Virus record (IMG/VR): IMGVR_UViG_3300011955_000032
Span: 1 to 64,000 of that record
DNA: 64,000 bases
Source of the DNA: an uncultured virus (IMG/VR IMGVR_UViG_3300011955_000032)
Taxonomy: Duplodnaviria; Heunggongvirae; Uroviricota; Caudoviricetes
Strand: one strand, 5' to 3'
Below the pieces are notes generated by a model. That model did no database searches and was not told where the DNA came from. It worked only from the letters and a program-made list of their open reading frames with translations. Each line of letters starts with the position of its first letter. Position 1 is the stretch's first letter. This document shows, one piece after another, positions 26,444-35,526 of the stretch. A program made the position numbers and the translations under genes.

Positions 26444-26707
26444 ATGAATGCACTTGATCAAGCCATCACCCACCTCGGCGGCGTCGGCAAGCTTGCGACC
26501 GCTCTTGGCGTAGCCCAACCTGTTGTGAGCAACTGGCGGGCGCGCGGAACGAAGCCCGATGCTGCGCATTGCGTGGCGATCGAGCGCGCGACCGAGGGCG
26601 CTGTCACTCGCCGCGACCTGCGCCCAAACGATTGGCAGGACATCTGGCCCGAACTGGCCGATGCCGCGCCGGCCCCGGCCCCCGCCCAGGAGGCCGGCCA
26701 TGCGTAG
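26444..26707 (+). CDS. cro: Cro/YdaS-like regulator
   Basis: LGGVGKLATALGVAQPVVSNW...IERATEGAVTRRDLRP.DW..IWPEL. Confidence 0.92.
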   Translation: MNALDQAITHLGGVGKLATALGVAQPVVSNWRARGTKPDAAHCVAIERATEGAVTRRDLRPNDWQDIWPELADAAPAPAPAQEAGHA

Positions 26708-26873
26708 CCGCACCGCCAAGAGGCCTGGCCCGCTGCTGCACCAGCAGCGCCTGCACAGCGCACGTCTCCACCGCCGATACGTGGCCCAGGAAAAGGCCAT
26801 GTTGGACTTCCACGCCGCAACGCAGACGCTGCAGGCGCACCAGGCCGCAATCAAGGGGTTGAGCCATGCATAG
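26700..26873 (+). CDS. Small hypothetical protein
   Basis: AGGAGG RBS; overlaps both neighbours. Confidence 0.5.
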   Translation: MRSRTAKRPGPLLHQQRLHSARLHRRYVAQEKAMLDFHAATQTLQAHQAAIKGLSHA

Positions 26874-27183
26874 CCGCACGATCACCCTGCGCCCTGGCGA
26901 GACCTTCGTCACGGCCGACGGCGTCACGGTCGAGGCGCGCGCAGAGGAGCAAGAGCGCCGCGAGCAGGCCCTGCAGGGCGCGATCAAGAAGGCCCACGCC
27001 GACACGGTGGCCGAGCTGGTTCGCAGCGCTGGTTTTACGAGCCTCCCACGCGCCGTCTCCATAACCGACCTTGACGACCGTCTCGTAATCGAGGTGGGCG
27101 CGGCCGAGCTGCGCCTGACCAAGGAGGAGGCGGCCCGCCTGTTCTCCCTCGGATCGGTCTATGCCCGCAAGCCGCAGGCGTAG
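26866..27183 (+). CDS. Hypothetical phage protein
   Basis: Coupled ORF with AAGGGG RBS. Confidence 0.6.
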   Translation: MHSRTITLRPGETFVTADGVTVEARAEEQERREQALQGAIKKAHADTVAELVRSAGFTSLPRAVSITDLDDRLVIEVGAAELRLTKEEAARLFSLGSVYARKPQA

Positions 27184-27317
27184 GGGACAGCTGTGCCATC
27201 CCGCTACGCCCGCCGCCGCGCCAGCCCATACAGCCACGAATCCAGCTCCCTGCGGCTGACGTCCCATTCGTCGTCCAGGGCCTCGTCCTCCACGACCACC
27301 ACAGCCAGGACCACACC

Positions 27318-27614
27318 ATGAACGAAGAACCCAACTTCGCGCGCCGCAGGGCGTGCGACTTCGGTAAAGCCACCCAAGAACTGAAAACGAAGGTGGACGA
27401 GCAGACCGAATACCTCTGGCTGCGCCTGTGCGCCGAGCGTGGCACGACCACGGCTGAGCTGATGCGCGACTTCGTGTTTTTGGCCGTCTACGACAAGACC
27501 CATTCCCGAATCATTGCTGAGCAAAAGTTGCATGAGCTGGAGCGTAACGAGGTCTTGGCCCGCGTAAAAGGCCATTCGCAGGCCCCCGAATTCCGGGAGG
27601 ACCGCAATGTCTGA
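27318..27614 (+). CDS. Ribbon-helix-helix-like regulator in the cII position
   Basis: ELKTKVDEQT...LCAERGTTTAELMRDFV. Confidence 0.65.
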   Translation: MNEEPNFARRRACDFGKATQELKTKVDEQTEYLWLRLCAERGTTTAELMRDFVFLAVYDKTHSRIIAEQKLHELERNEVLARVKGHSQAPEFREDRNV

Positions 27615-27756
27615 AGTCGTCAGCCTCGACCGCATCAAGGCCCTGGCGCATGCAGCTCGTGCCACTGGCCAGCCCATCGAACAGGCATGCCCCTGGCCGG
27701 CCACCACGCCCGCTGGCCAGGCCTTCGCTGCCGCTTACGAAGGGCGCGCGCAGTGA
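27607..27756 (+). CDS. 49-aa hypothetical protein (not in the ORF track)
   Basis: MSEVVSLDRIKALAHAA...ACPWPATTPAGQAF; GGAGGA RBS; overlaps both neighbours. Confidence 0.6.
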   Translation: MSEVVSLDRIKALAHAARATGQPIEQACPWPATTPAGQAFAAAYEGRAQ

Positions 27757-28625
27757 CTGAAGCCACAGAGAAAACCAAGCGCCCAGCGTTCCAGTTCTAC
27801 CCAGCGGACTGGCGCAAGGACGTTGAGCTGCAGTCGTGCTCCATGGCCGCCCAGGGCCTGTGGATCAACGCCATGTGCATCGCCCATGAATGCGAGCCAT
27901 ACGGCCACCTGATGGTCAACGGCCGCCCCATGAACACCGCGCAGCTGGGACGCCAGGTTGGCCTTTCCGTGAAGGAATGCGAGGGCCTGGTCTCCGAACT
28001 GCTGGACGCTGGAGTGGCCCGCCGGACTGAGGAAGGGGCGTTGTTCTCCAAGCGCATGGTGCAGGACGAGGTCACCCGAAACGCCCGTGCTGGCGGCGGG
28101 AAGAGTGGCGCTGAGCACGGCGCGAAGGGGGCTTCCCATGGGAAGAAAGGGGGGCGTCCTGCTAAACCGAAGGGGGGTTCTGAAACCCCCCTTACTGGAA
28201 ACGGAAATACCCCCCTTCCAGGCTTCGAAGAACCCCCCCCTTCTTCTTCATCTTCTTCTTCAACTTCTCTTAATTCCGTTCCTGACGGAACGGGCGGGCA
28301 AGCCGCCACCTCGCCAGGCGACATGGCCCGGGATGAGCTGTGGAAGGCCGGCAAGTCGCTGCTGGCACAGGCCGGAATGCCTGCTGCGCAGTGCGGCTCC
28401 TTCGTCGGAAAGCTGGTCAAGGACTACGGCGACGCCGTGGTGGTGGAGGCCGTCCGCGCCGCCGTGGTGACTCGCCCAGCCGACCCCGTTTCGTACCTCA
28501 AAGCCGCGTGCCAGGGCACTGCCGGCGAACGCCGCCAGCCCAACCGCCAGGAGGCGCTGGAGACCCGCAACCGCAACGTGGCCGACGCCTGGGCGGCCGG
28601 AGGAGATGACCATGCAGGAGCCTGA
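27753..28625 (+). CDS. Replication initiator (O-like)
   Basis: KRPAFQFYPADW, GLWINAMCIAHE..PYGHL, FSKRMVQD, Ser-rich linker, DPVSYL. Confidence 0.8.
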   Translation: MTEATEKTKRPAFQFYPADWRKDVELQSCSMAAQGLWINAMCIAHECEPYGHLMVNGRPMNTAQLGRQVGLSVKECEGLVSELLDAGVARRTEEGALFSKRMVQDEVTRNARAGGGKSGAEHGAKGASHGKKGGRPAKPKGGSETPLTGNGNTPLPGFEEPPPSSSSSSSTSLNSVPDGTGGQAATSPGDMARDELWKAGKSLLAQAGMPAAQCGSFVGKLVKDYGDAVVVEAVRAAVVTRPADPVSYLKAACQGTAGERRQPNRQEALETRNRNVADAWAAGGDDHAGA

Positions 28626-29280
28626 TCGCCCGGCCTTCGGGAAACTCGTCACCGACGTGCTGGCGTACTACCGCCAGGACGCCAGCCGCTTCGTGCTGGA
28701 CCTGTGGTGGAACGCCTGCCAGGGCTTCGACCTGGAGCAGATCCGCACTGCCATGCAGCGGCACTGCACCGACCCAGAACGCGGCCAATTCGCCCCGAAG
28801 GTGGCCGACCTGGCGCGCATCCTGCAGGGCACTGCGACCGACCGTGCCGCGCTGGCGTGGGGCAAGGTGCACGAGGCCATGAGCTCCGTCGGCGCGTACA
28901 CCGATGTCGTGTTCGATGACCCGGCCATTCATGCCGTGATCGAGGACCTGGGCGGCTGGCCCAAGGTCTGCCGGATGGACCTCAAGGAGCTGTCCTACCT
29001 GCAGCACCGCTTCACCGAGTCGCACCGGGCCTACACCGGCCGTGGCCAGTTCGAGTTCCCGCGCCGGCTCATGGGCGACCGCAGCCCCGACAGCGAGTAC
29101 GAGAAGCACGGCCTGCGCCTGCCGGCACCCGCACTGGTGGGCGATGCCGCCCGTGCCAAGCGCGTGTACCTGCAGGGCAATGCGGCGGGCAAGACGGCGA
29201 TCAGCTACCAGCCGCTGGAGGCCATCGAAGCCGCGCCGGCCGGGCTGCTGCCCGCAGGAAGGCCACAGGCTGTGGCATGA
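28606..29280 (+). CDS. Replication-region protein (DUF6475-like, P position)
   Basis: GQFAPKVADL, VVFDDPAIHAVIEDLGGW. Confidence 0.75.
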   Translation: MTMQEPDRPAFGKLVTDVLAYYRQDASRFVLDLWWNACQGFDLEQIRTAMQRHCTDPERGQFAPKVADLARILQGTATDRAALAWGKVHEAMSSVGAYTDVVFDDPAIHAVIEDLGGWPKVCRMDLKELSYLQHRFTESHRAYTGRGQFEFPRRLMGDRSPDSEYEKHGLRLPAPALVGDAARAKRVYLQGNAAGKTAISYQPLEAIEAAPAGLLPAGRPQAVA

Positions 29281-29480
29281 GCAACGCCCCGAAGCCCAGC
29301 GGCCGACACGTCGCCATGTTGCAGAACCTGCGCGATGCGCTGTCCGCCAGCGCGGCGCGCGACCCGAAGCAGTGGGCGCGCGACATCTTGGCCGAAGCAC
29401 AGCGCGGCCGGAAGGTCTCCGCGATCCGCCTTCGCTTCGCCCGCGAGGCGCTGGGCCGGGACGCAAACGAGCAATTTTGA
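29277..29480 (+). CDS. Small hypothetical protein
   Basis: DPKQWARDIL...FAREALG; coupled start. Confidence 0.65.
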   Translation: MSNAPKPSGRHVAMLQNLRDALSASAARDPKQWARDILAEAQRGRKVSAIRLRFAREALGRDANEQF

Positions 29481-29494
29481 GAGGACCCACTGAG

Positions 29495-29866
29495 ATGATC
29501 ATCCCCATTCACAGTCCCGAGCTGCGCGCCCTGGGCACCGTGCTCCTGGCCAACGCCACATCCGGCCCCGTGATGGACGCGCTGCACTGCGCCCACATGG
29601 AGACCGAACTGGGACACTGCATCCGCTTCGCCATTCGCGTGCTGGAGAGCAAGGACCTGCCCGTCGACGTGGTCACCGTCTACGAGTTCATCCAGCAGCG
29701 CACCTGCGCCATCCGCTTTCCCGTGGGCAGCAAGCAGGCCACCCTGCAGCTGCTGGCCGAGCTGGTGCAGTACTCGGCGACGCCCGACGCCGCACTGGCG
29801 TACTTCCTGAGCCGCGCCACCACCGGCGAGGACGAGATGGACGCCGAGGAGCAGCCATGGGCCTGA
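29495..29866 (+). CDS. Stand-alone DnaB N-terminal-domain-like protein
   Basis: PIHSPELRALGTVLL...HCIRFAIRVL...PVDVVTV...LLAELVQYSATPDAALAY. Confidence 0.55.
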   Translation: MIIPIHSPELRALGTVLLANATSGPVMDALHCAHMETELGHCIRFAIRVLESKDLPVDVVTVYEFIQQRTCAIRFPVGSKQATLQLLAELVQYSATPDAALAYFLSRATTGEDEMDAEEQPWA

Positions 29867-30063
29867 TCCAGCTGCTCAAGAACGGCGCCGTGCTGCGCTA
29901 CCGAGATGGCTTCGGGTTCTACGCCGTCAAGGCGGGCCTGCAGAGCCCGGTCGATCAGGGCCAGGCCGAAGCAGCGGTGCGCGCCGGCAAGGTCCGCCCC
30001 GAAGGCCGCGGCCCGGACAAGTTCGGCGTCTTCCACTTCGCTCTGGCGCGGGGTGCTGCATGA
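29857..30063 (+). CDS. Small hypothetical protein
   Basis: GAGGAG RBS; coupled. Confidence 0.55.
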   Translation: MGLIQLLKNGAVLRYRDGFGFYAVKAGLQSPVDQGQAEAAVRAGKVRPEGRGPDKFGVFHFALARGAA

Positions 30064-30287
30064 GGGCGCCGTCCGAACGCTGCCTACAGGTGCTGGCATT
30101 CATGCGCGAGTTCCTGGCCGAGAACGACCAGCTGCCGCCGGCGTGCGCCATCGCCAAGCACTTCGGCTGGGCCTCGGCCAACGCCGCACAGGAACACATC
30201 AACTCGCTGCGCGGGCATGGCCTGGTCGAGACCAACGCCTGCGGAAAGCTGCGCTTCGTCCGCGCCACCCCCAACACCTCCGAGTGA
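30060..30287 (+). CDS. LexA DNA-binding-domain-like wHTH protein
   Basis: VLAFMREFLAENDQLPP..AIAKHFGWASANAAQEHINSLRGHGLV. Confidence 0.8.
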   Translation: MRAPSERCLQVLAFMREFLAENDQLPPACAIAKHFGWASANAAQEHINSLRGHGLVETNACGKLRFVRATPNTSE

Positions 30288-30298
30288 AAGCCCCATCC

Positions 30299-30775
30299 AT
30301 GATCACCCTCACTCTCCCGTACCCCATCAGCGCGAACCGCTACTGGCAGACCCGCGTGATCCGCAAGGGCGCGGCCAGCATGGCCATGACCTACGTGAGC
30401 ACCGAGGCCAAGGCCTTCAAGGAGCGCGTGGGCTGGCTGGCCAAGGCGGCGGGCGTGCGCAGCCCCATCGCCGGCCGCGTGGCCATCGCCTACACCCTGC
30501 ACCCGCACCGGCCCCAGGACTGGGCGCGCCGGGCGAAGCGCGACCCCATGGCCTGGGACGACACCGTGCAGTGCATCGACCTGGACAACGCCCAGAAGGT
30601 GCTGCTGGACGCTCTCAAGGGCGTGGCAATCGAGGACGACCGCTGGGTGCGCAGCATCAACGCCCAGCGCGGCGAGCCCGTGGAGGGCGGCAAGTTGGTT
30701 GTGACCATCACGCCGCTGGCCGTGGCCACCGCGCCCGTGCCGGAGCAGGGCGACCTGCTGGGAGCGCTGGCATGA
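30299..30775 (+). CDS. rusA: RusA-family Holliday junction resolvase
   Basis: LPYPISANRYW, DLDNAQKVLLDAL.G..IEDDRWV. Confidence 0.92.
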   Translation: MITLTLPYPISANRYWQTRVIRKGAASMAMTYVSTEAKAFKERVGWLAKAAGVRSPIAGRVAIAYTLHPHRPQDWARRAKRDPMAWDDTVQCIDLDNAQKVLLDALKGVAIEDDRWVRSINAQRGEPVEGGKLVVTITPLAVATAPVPEQGDLLGALA

Positions 30776-31431
30776 CGGTGCTGGCCAAATGCTCCAAATG
30801 TGGCGCCCTCAAGGACCAGGACGAGTTTCCGCATCGCCTTGGCGCGATGCGCCCGGGGAGCGTGTGCAACGCGTGCAACAGGTCCAGCTCGGCAGAAAGA
30901 AACCGCGAGTACCGGCGCAGGAATCGTGAGGCCATCAATGGCCGCCTGAAGGAAAAGCGTGCCGCCGCGCCAGCGCAGGACCGCGAGGAGCGCCTGGCCC
31001 AGCGTGCCGCGCGCGCCATGGCCAGCGCCCGCGCCACGGCCGGCATGGCCTGCTCCAGCACCGTGGCCATGGGCTCGGCCACCGGCCAGGCCCAGCCCAA
31101 GGCCGAGATCCTGACCTGCGAGGCCTACCGCCGCGTCGTTGCCAGCCTGCCGTGCATCTCCTGCGGCATCCACGGCTACAGCCAGCACGCACACCTCAAC
31201 CTCGGCAAGGGCTTCGCGCTCAAGACCGACGACCGCACCGGCTTCCCGCTGTGCTGCGCGCGCCCGGGCATCGAGGGATGCCATGTGGCCTATGACAACT
31301 ACCGTCTGGTCGAGGGCGGCAGGGAAGGGCACCGCGCCTATGGCCAGGAATGGGGCCGCATCACCCGCCACACGATCCAACAGCGCGGCCTCTGGCCCGC
31401 GCGCCTGCCTCTCTGGAGCGAAGAAGCATGA
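30772..31431 (+). CDS. Zn-binding, HNH-like nin-region protein
   Basis: CSKC..CNAC; YRRVVASLPCISCG..SQHAH...KTDD..GFPLC...CHVAYD. Confidence 0.7.
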   Translation: MTVLAKCSKCGALKDQDEFPHRLGAMRPGSVCNACNRSSSAERNREYRRRNREAINGRLKEKRAAAPAQDREERLAQRAARAMASARATAGMACSSTVAMGSATGQAQPKAEILTCEAYRRVVASLPCISCGIHGYSQHAHLNLGKGFALKTDDRTGFPLCCARPGIEGCHVAYDNYRLVEGGREGHRAYGQEWGRITRHTIQQRGLWPARLPLWSEEA

Positions 31432-31901
31432 CCAAACTCGTCCTCACCAAAGACCAGCAGGGCAAGCTCTGCGGCATGGACCCGGCGGGCCAGCGGGCTT
31501 ACGGCCGGTTCAAGGCGGCGGTGGCTGCCCTGGAGCCTGGCCAGACCATGGCCTTCACGTACAGGCTGCCGCGCAGCCCGAAGCACCATGCATTTTTCTT
31601 TGCCAAGCTGCAGCGCCTGCTCGACAGGACGGAGGCCTTCACCGAACTGAACAAGTTGCGATCCTGGCTGACCCTCGGCGCCGGCTACGCCGACTTCGTG
31701 CCCGGTCTCGATGGCAAGCCGAACGCTATACCGCAGAGCATCGACTTCGACAGCATGGAGGAGAACGAGTTCTGCGAGCTGCACCGGGCCGTGGACGCTT
31801 TCCTGTGGACCGGCCATGCCCAATCCATCCTCTGGCCCGCTTTGAGCATTGGCGACCGCTGGGCCTGCATGGAATCGTTCATGGGAGGGTTCGAGCGATG
31901 A
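31428..31901 (+). CDS. DUF1367-like (NinB-related) protein
   Basis: PRSPKHHAFFFA, LRSWLTLGAGY, PQSIDFDSMEENEF. Confidence 0.8.
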   Translation: MTKLVLTKDQQGKLCGMDPAGQRAYGRFKAAVAALEPGQTMAFTYRLPRSPKHHAFFFAKLQRLLDRTEAFTELNKLRSWLTLGAGYADFVPGLDGKPNAIPQSIDFDSMEENEFCELHRAVDAFLWTGHAQSILWPALSIGDRWACMESFMGGFER

Positions 31902-32362
31902 AGCACATCCCCAACAAGCCGCGCCGCGTGCCCGACGTGGTGCCGAAATTCTGGCGCGCCAAGCTGGCCCCGACCACGAAGCTGAGCGCCAAGGTGGCCC
32001 ATCACGACCTGGTGCAGCGGCTGGAGACCGGCACGGCCACCGTGGCGGATCTTTGGGACTGGATCGAGACCGGCTTCACCTACAGCCAGATGTTCCGCCT
32101 GCTCCACGAGGACGGCGAACGCTTCACGGACGAGGCCATCAAGGCCGTGGACGACCAGCTCAACACCTACCCGGCCGTGTGCCAGCGCCTGAAGAAGACG
32201 AAGAGGGTGGGCCTGTCTGGGCCAGAACTGCAGATCGCGCGCCAGGCCGCCCAGGTCTTCGACGGCCTCATCGACCTGGACCGCAACGGCATCGCAGTGG
32301 CCGCCGTGCAGTGGTCCGATCAGCAGATGCGCCAGATCAGGGGAGCCCTGCACATGCCCTGA
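31898..32362 (+). CDS. Hypothetical phage protein
   Basis: Coupled start; host-like codon usage. Confidence 0.7.
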   Translation: MKHIPNKPRRVPDVVPKFWRAKLAPTTKLSAKVAHHDLVQRLETGTATVADLWDWIETGFTYSQMFRLLHEDGERFTDEAIKAVDDQLNTYPAVCQRLKKTKRVGLSGPELQIARQAAQVFDGLIDLDRNGIAVAAVQWSDQQMRQIRGALHMP

Positions 32363-32435
32363 AAAAGGAAAGCCCGCGCGAGGCGGGCGATCCCGGTCTG
32401 TGACCTGAGCAATCGCAGTTTACCGGGAGAAGCCA

Positions 32436-32963
32436 TTGACCACCAGCACCACCACGCCGCAAATCGACGACCGCACCAGCGCCGACATCATCTGGGCCAC
32501 TATCCAGGACCTGCACAGCCAAGAGCAGGTGTGCACGCGCGAGCTTCTGCACGAACTCACTGGCCTGAAGATGCCCATCATCGACGACCACGTCTCGCGG
32601 CTGATCGACGACGGACGCCTGCGCCGGTTGCGCGCTGGTGTGTTCGCGATGCTGATCACGCGCCCTGAACCTGAGGCCTTCTCGATCACTGAACTGCCCG
32701 AGGGCCTTGTGATCATTGAAGTTGGGGATCAACAGCTCCGCACCAATGAGGCTATGGCGCGCCGGATTGCCCGTAGCCTGATGGGCTATGCCGTGCAGTT
32801 CTCGAACCTCCAGAATCAGCATGATATGGGCGCGATCCTCACGGATTACACCGTGCGTCATCGATCACAGGCCAATGAAATTCAGGAGTTGCGCAAGGTG
32901 GTGCAGCAGCTGCAGAAGAGGGTGCAGGATGGGGATGCGGGGCAGATGTCGCTGATTGGGTGA
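32436..32963 (+). CDS. Winged-helix protein; candidate late-gene activator
   Basis: IIWATIQDLH...TRELLHELTGLKMPIIDDHVSRLIDDGRLRRLRAGVF; last core gene before the packaging genes; TTG start. Confidence 0.6.
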   Translation: MTTSTTTPQIDDRTSADIIWATIQDLHSQEQVCTRELLHELTGLKMPIIDDHVSRLIDDGRLRRLRAGVFAMLITRPEPEAFSITELPEGLVIIEVGDQQLRTNEAMARRIARSLMGYAVQFSNLQNQHDMGAILTDYTVRHRSQANEIQELRKVVQQLQKRVQDGDAGQMSLIG

Positions 32964-33013
32964 ATTGGCAAATGAGTTAAATTTCGGCTTTTAACCTGCA
33001 ATGGAGGAGTGAA

Positions 33014-33475
33014 ATGCAAGACCATCCACATCAAAAATATATTGATGCGGCTTCAGCCGGACAATTGGAGTATTTTTTGAAAGAGGCCAGGTCTCGGGTA
33101 AGTGATTTCTGTGAAGAGCTTTATCAGTATCAAGGCAACGAGTTCAAGATAGATAAGAATTCTTTGGCAAATGGAGAAATACCTGACGAATTGACAATAG
33201 GGACTCGTCTTGGGCCTATGAAGCTTCGCGTGGCGTATGCACTGGATGGCAACCGGGTTCGGGCGTGGATGGTGTTTTTTGACGAAGACACTTACTCGGT
33301 GCCTTTGCAGACGAGACGCCTGCTGGCGATCAAGCTTGGGCCTGAAGGCTGGATTGGCCCTTTCAGGGAGGGCTATCTCAATAAATTCGGCAAGTTCGCT
33401 GTAGAGGAAGTTTTGCGCGAGGCGGTAGCAGCGAAACTTCGCCTTGACTCTGACTTCGTGGCCGGAATCAGGTAG
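33014..33475 (+). CDS. AT-richer moron, hypothetical protein
   Basis: GGAGGAG RBS; codon usage differs from the flanks. Confidence 0.7.
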   Translation: MQDHPHQKYIDAASAGQLEYFLKEARSRVSDFCEELYQYQGNEFKIDKNSLANGEIPDELTIGTRLGPMKLRVAYALDGNRVRAWMVFFDEDTYSVPLQTRRLLAIKLGPEGWIGPFREGYLNKFGKFAVEEVLREAVAAKLRLDSDFVAGIR

Positions 33476-33478
33476 TCA

Positions 33479-33519
33479 CCCGGCTAGGGTTCGCCTAAAA
33501 GACACGCGCCCGGGAGACT
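33479..33519 (+). promoter_or_regulatory. Late promoter motif, copy 1 (terS)
   Basis: CCC GGCTA GGGTTCG-N20-GAGACT-N6-ATG. Confidence 0.75.
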
Positions 33520-33525
33520 CCGGGC

Positions 33526-34224
33526 ATGCCATCTTCACCGCATCCCGATCAAGCCCCCAGCGCAGGGGGCGCAGCCCCCGGCCCCCGCTCCCCTGACTGG
33601 GAGCGCATCGAGCTGGATTACCGGGCGGGCATCAAGACCCTCCGCCAGATCGCAGACGAGAACGGCATCACCCATGGCGCCATCAACAAGCGCGCCAAGC
33701 GGGATGGATGGGAGCGCGACCTGTCCCAGAAGATCCAGGCCAAGGCCGATGCGCTGGTATCCAGGGCGGCGGTATCCAGCCAGGTATCCGCGGATACCAA
33801 AGTCCGTGAACGGGCTGTCATCGACGGCAATGCCCAGGCTGTGGCTGACGTCCGGCTGGGTCACCGAAAGGATGCGCGTCGCGTCCGCCAGCTCACCAAC
33901 AGGCTCATGGACGAGCTGGAGCAGCAGACCGACCCGGCCACCCTGGCCAAGCTGCAGGAGCTGGCCGCTGCCGTCGTGGCTCCCGGCGAGAAGCCCGGCC
34001 GCGACCGCTACGGCGAGCTGCTGGAGGCCGTGATCAGCCTTCCGGAGCGCTCCAAGACCCTGAAGGTGCTGGCCGAAAGCCTGCGCATCGTTGTGGACAT
34101 GGAGCGCACCGCCTTCGGCATGGACAAGGTTGATCCGGGCGGTGCTGGGCCTGGGGAGGGCGGGGTGGCCCGCATCGCTGTCGAGTTCGTGCGGCCCGCT
34201 GCGCGGGAGGACGACGCCGCATGA
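33526..34224 (+). CDS. terS: Terminase small subunit
   Basis: PDWERIELDYRAGIKTLRQIA...AINKRAKRDGWERDL; overlaps terL. Confidence 0.8.
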   Translation: MPSSPHPDQAPSAGGAAPGPRSPDWERIELDYRAGIKTLRQIADENGITHGAINKRAKRDGWERDLSQKIQAKADALVSRAAVSSQVSADTKVRERAVIDGNAQAVADVRLGHRKDARRVRQLTNRLMDELEQQTDPATLAKLQELAAAVVAPGEKPGRDRYGELLEAVISLPERSKTLKVLAESLRIVVDMERTAFGMDKVDPGGAGPGEGGVARIAVEFVRPAAREDDAA

Positions 34225-35525
34225 ACGCGCCTGCCGAGCTTCCCTTCACCAAGCTGCAGCTGGCCGAGAAGCTGCAACCCCTGTTCTCGCCCAGGCGCTA
34301 CAAGGTCATGCACGGTGGCCGTGGCGGCGGCAAATCCTGGGCTGTCGCTGCCGTCCTCCTGGCCATGGCCGCCGACCGGCCGCTGCGTGTGCTGTGCGCT
34401 CGCGAGGTGCAGAAGTCCATGAAGGACTCGGTGCACCGCCTGCTCAAGGACACGATCTCGCGCCTGGGCCTGGAAGCCTTCTTCGAGGTGCTGGACTCCG
34501 AGATCCGGGGCATCAACGGCTCGCTGTTCCTGTTCTCGGGCCTGCAGTCCCACACGGTGGACACCATCAAGTCCTTCGAGGGTGTGGACATCGTCTGGGT
34601 GGAAGAGGCCCACGGCGTCAGCAAGAAGTCCTGGGACGTGTTGATCCCGACCATCCGCAAGGAGGGCTCCGAGATCTGGCTGACCCTGAACCCGGACATG
34701 GAGACGGACGAGACCTACCAGCGGTTCATCGCCACACCCAGCCCGGACACCTGGGTCTGCCAGATCAACTGGCGCGACAACCCCTGGTTTCCTGTGGTGC
34801 TGGAAGACGAGCGCCAGAAGGCCAAGCGCTCCATGCTCAAGGACGACTACGAGCACATCTGGGAGGGCAAGGCCCGCAAGGTGGCGGCCGGCGCAATCTA
34901 TCGCCACGAGGTGGAGCACCTGTATGCCGACGGCCGGGCCTGCCGCGTCCCCTATGACCCGCGCCTGCCCGTGCACACGGTCTGGGACCTGGGCTGGAAC
35001 GACGCCATGACCATCACCATGGTGCAGGTCGGCCCGCAGGACGTGCGCGTGATCGACTACCTGGAAGACAGCCACCACACCTATGACTGGTACGTTGCCC
35101 AGCTGGAGAAGCGCCCGTATCGCTGGGGCATCGACTACCTGCCCCACGACGGCAAGACCAAGAACCCGCAGACCGGCAAGAACGCCGAGATGCTGCTGCG
35201 CGAGCTGGGGCGCCGGCAGGTCGTGTGCTTGGCCGCGCTGGATGTGGAAGAGGGCATCAAGGCCGCCCGCATGCTGTTCCCGCGCTGCTACTTCGACGCG
35301 GCGAAGACGGCGCGCCTGCTGGAGTGCCTGAAGCGGTACCAGCGCCACGTCAGCACCAAGACCGGCGAGGCCATGGGACCGCTGCACGACCAGTACAGCC
35401 ACGGCGCCGACAACTTCCGCTACATCGCTCAATCGGCCGAGCACATGCTGCGCTCACAGCAGCAGCGGCCCGTCGCTCCTCGGGGAGGCGGCTGGCAGCC
35501 ACTGGACAACGAGATAGGGTACTGA
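34221..35525 (+). CDS. terL: Terminase large subunit (PBSX-type)
   Basis: HGGRGGGKS, CAREVQ, WVEEA, WDLGWND, HGADNFRY. Confidence 0.95.
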   Translation: MNAPAELPFTKLQLAEKLQPLFSPRRYKVMHGGRGGGKSWAVAAVLLAMAADRPLRVLCAREVQKSMKDSVHRLLKDTISRLGLEAFFEVLDSEIRGINGSLFLFSGLQSHTVDTIKSFEGVDIVWVEEAHGVSKKSWDVLIPTIRKEGSEIWLTLNPDMETDETYQRFIATPSPDTWVCQINWRDNPWFPVVLEDERQKAKRSMLKDDYEHIWEGKARKVAAGAIYRHEVEHLYADGRACRVPYDPRLPVHTVWDLGWNDAMTITMVQVGPQDVRVIDYLEDSHHTYDWYVAQLEKRPYRWGIDYLPHDGKTKNPQTGKNAEMLLRELGRRQVVCLAALDVEEGIKAARMLFPRCYFDAAKTARLLECLKRYQRHVSTKTGEAMGPLHDQYSHGADNFRYIAQSAEHMLRSQQQRPVAPRGGGWQPLDNEIGY

Positions 35526-35526
35526 C

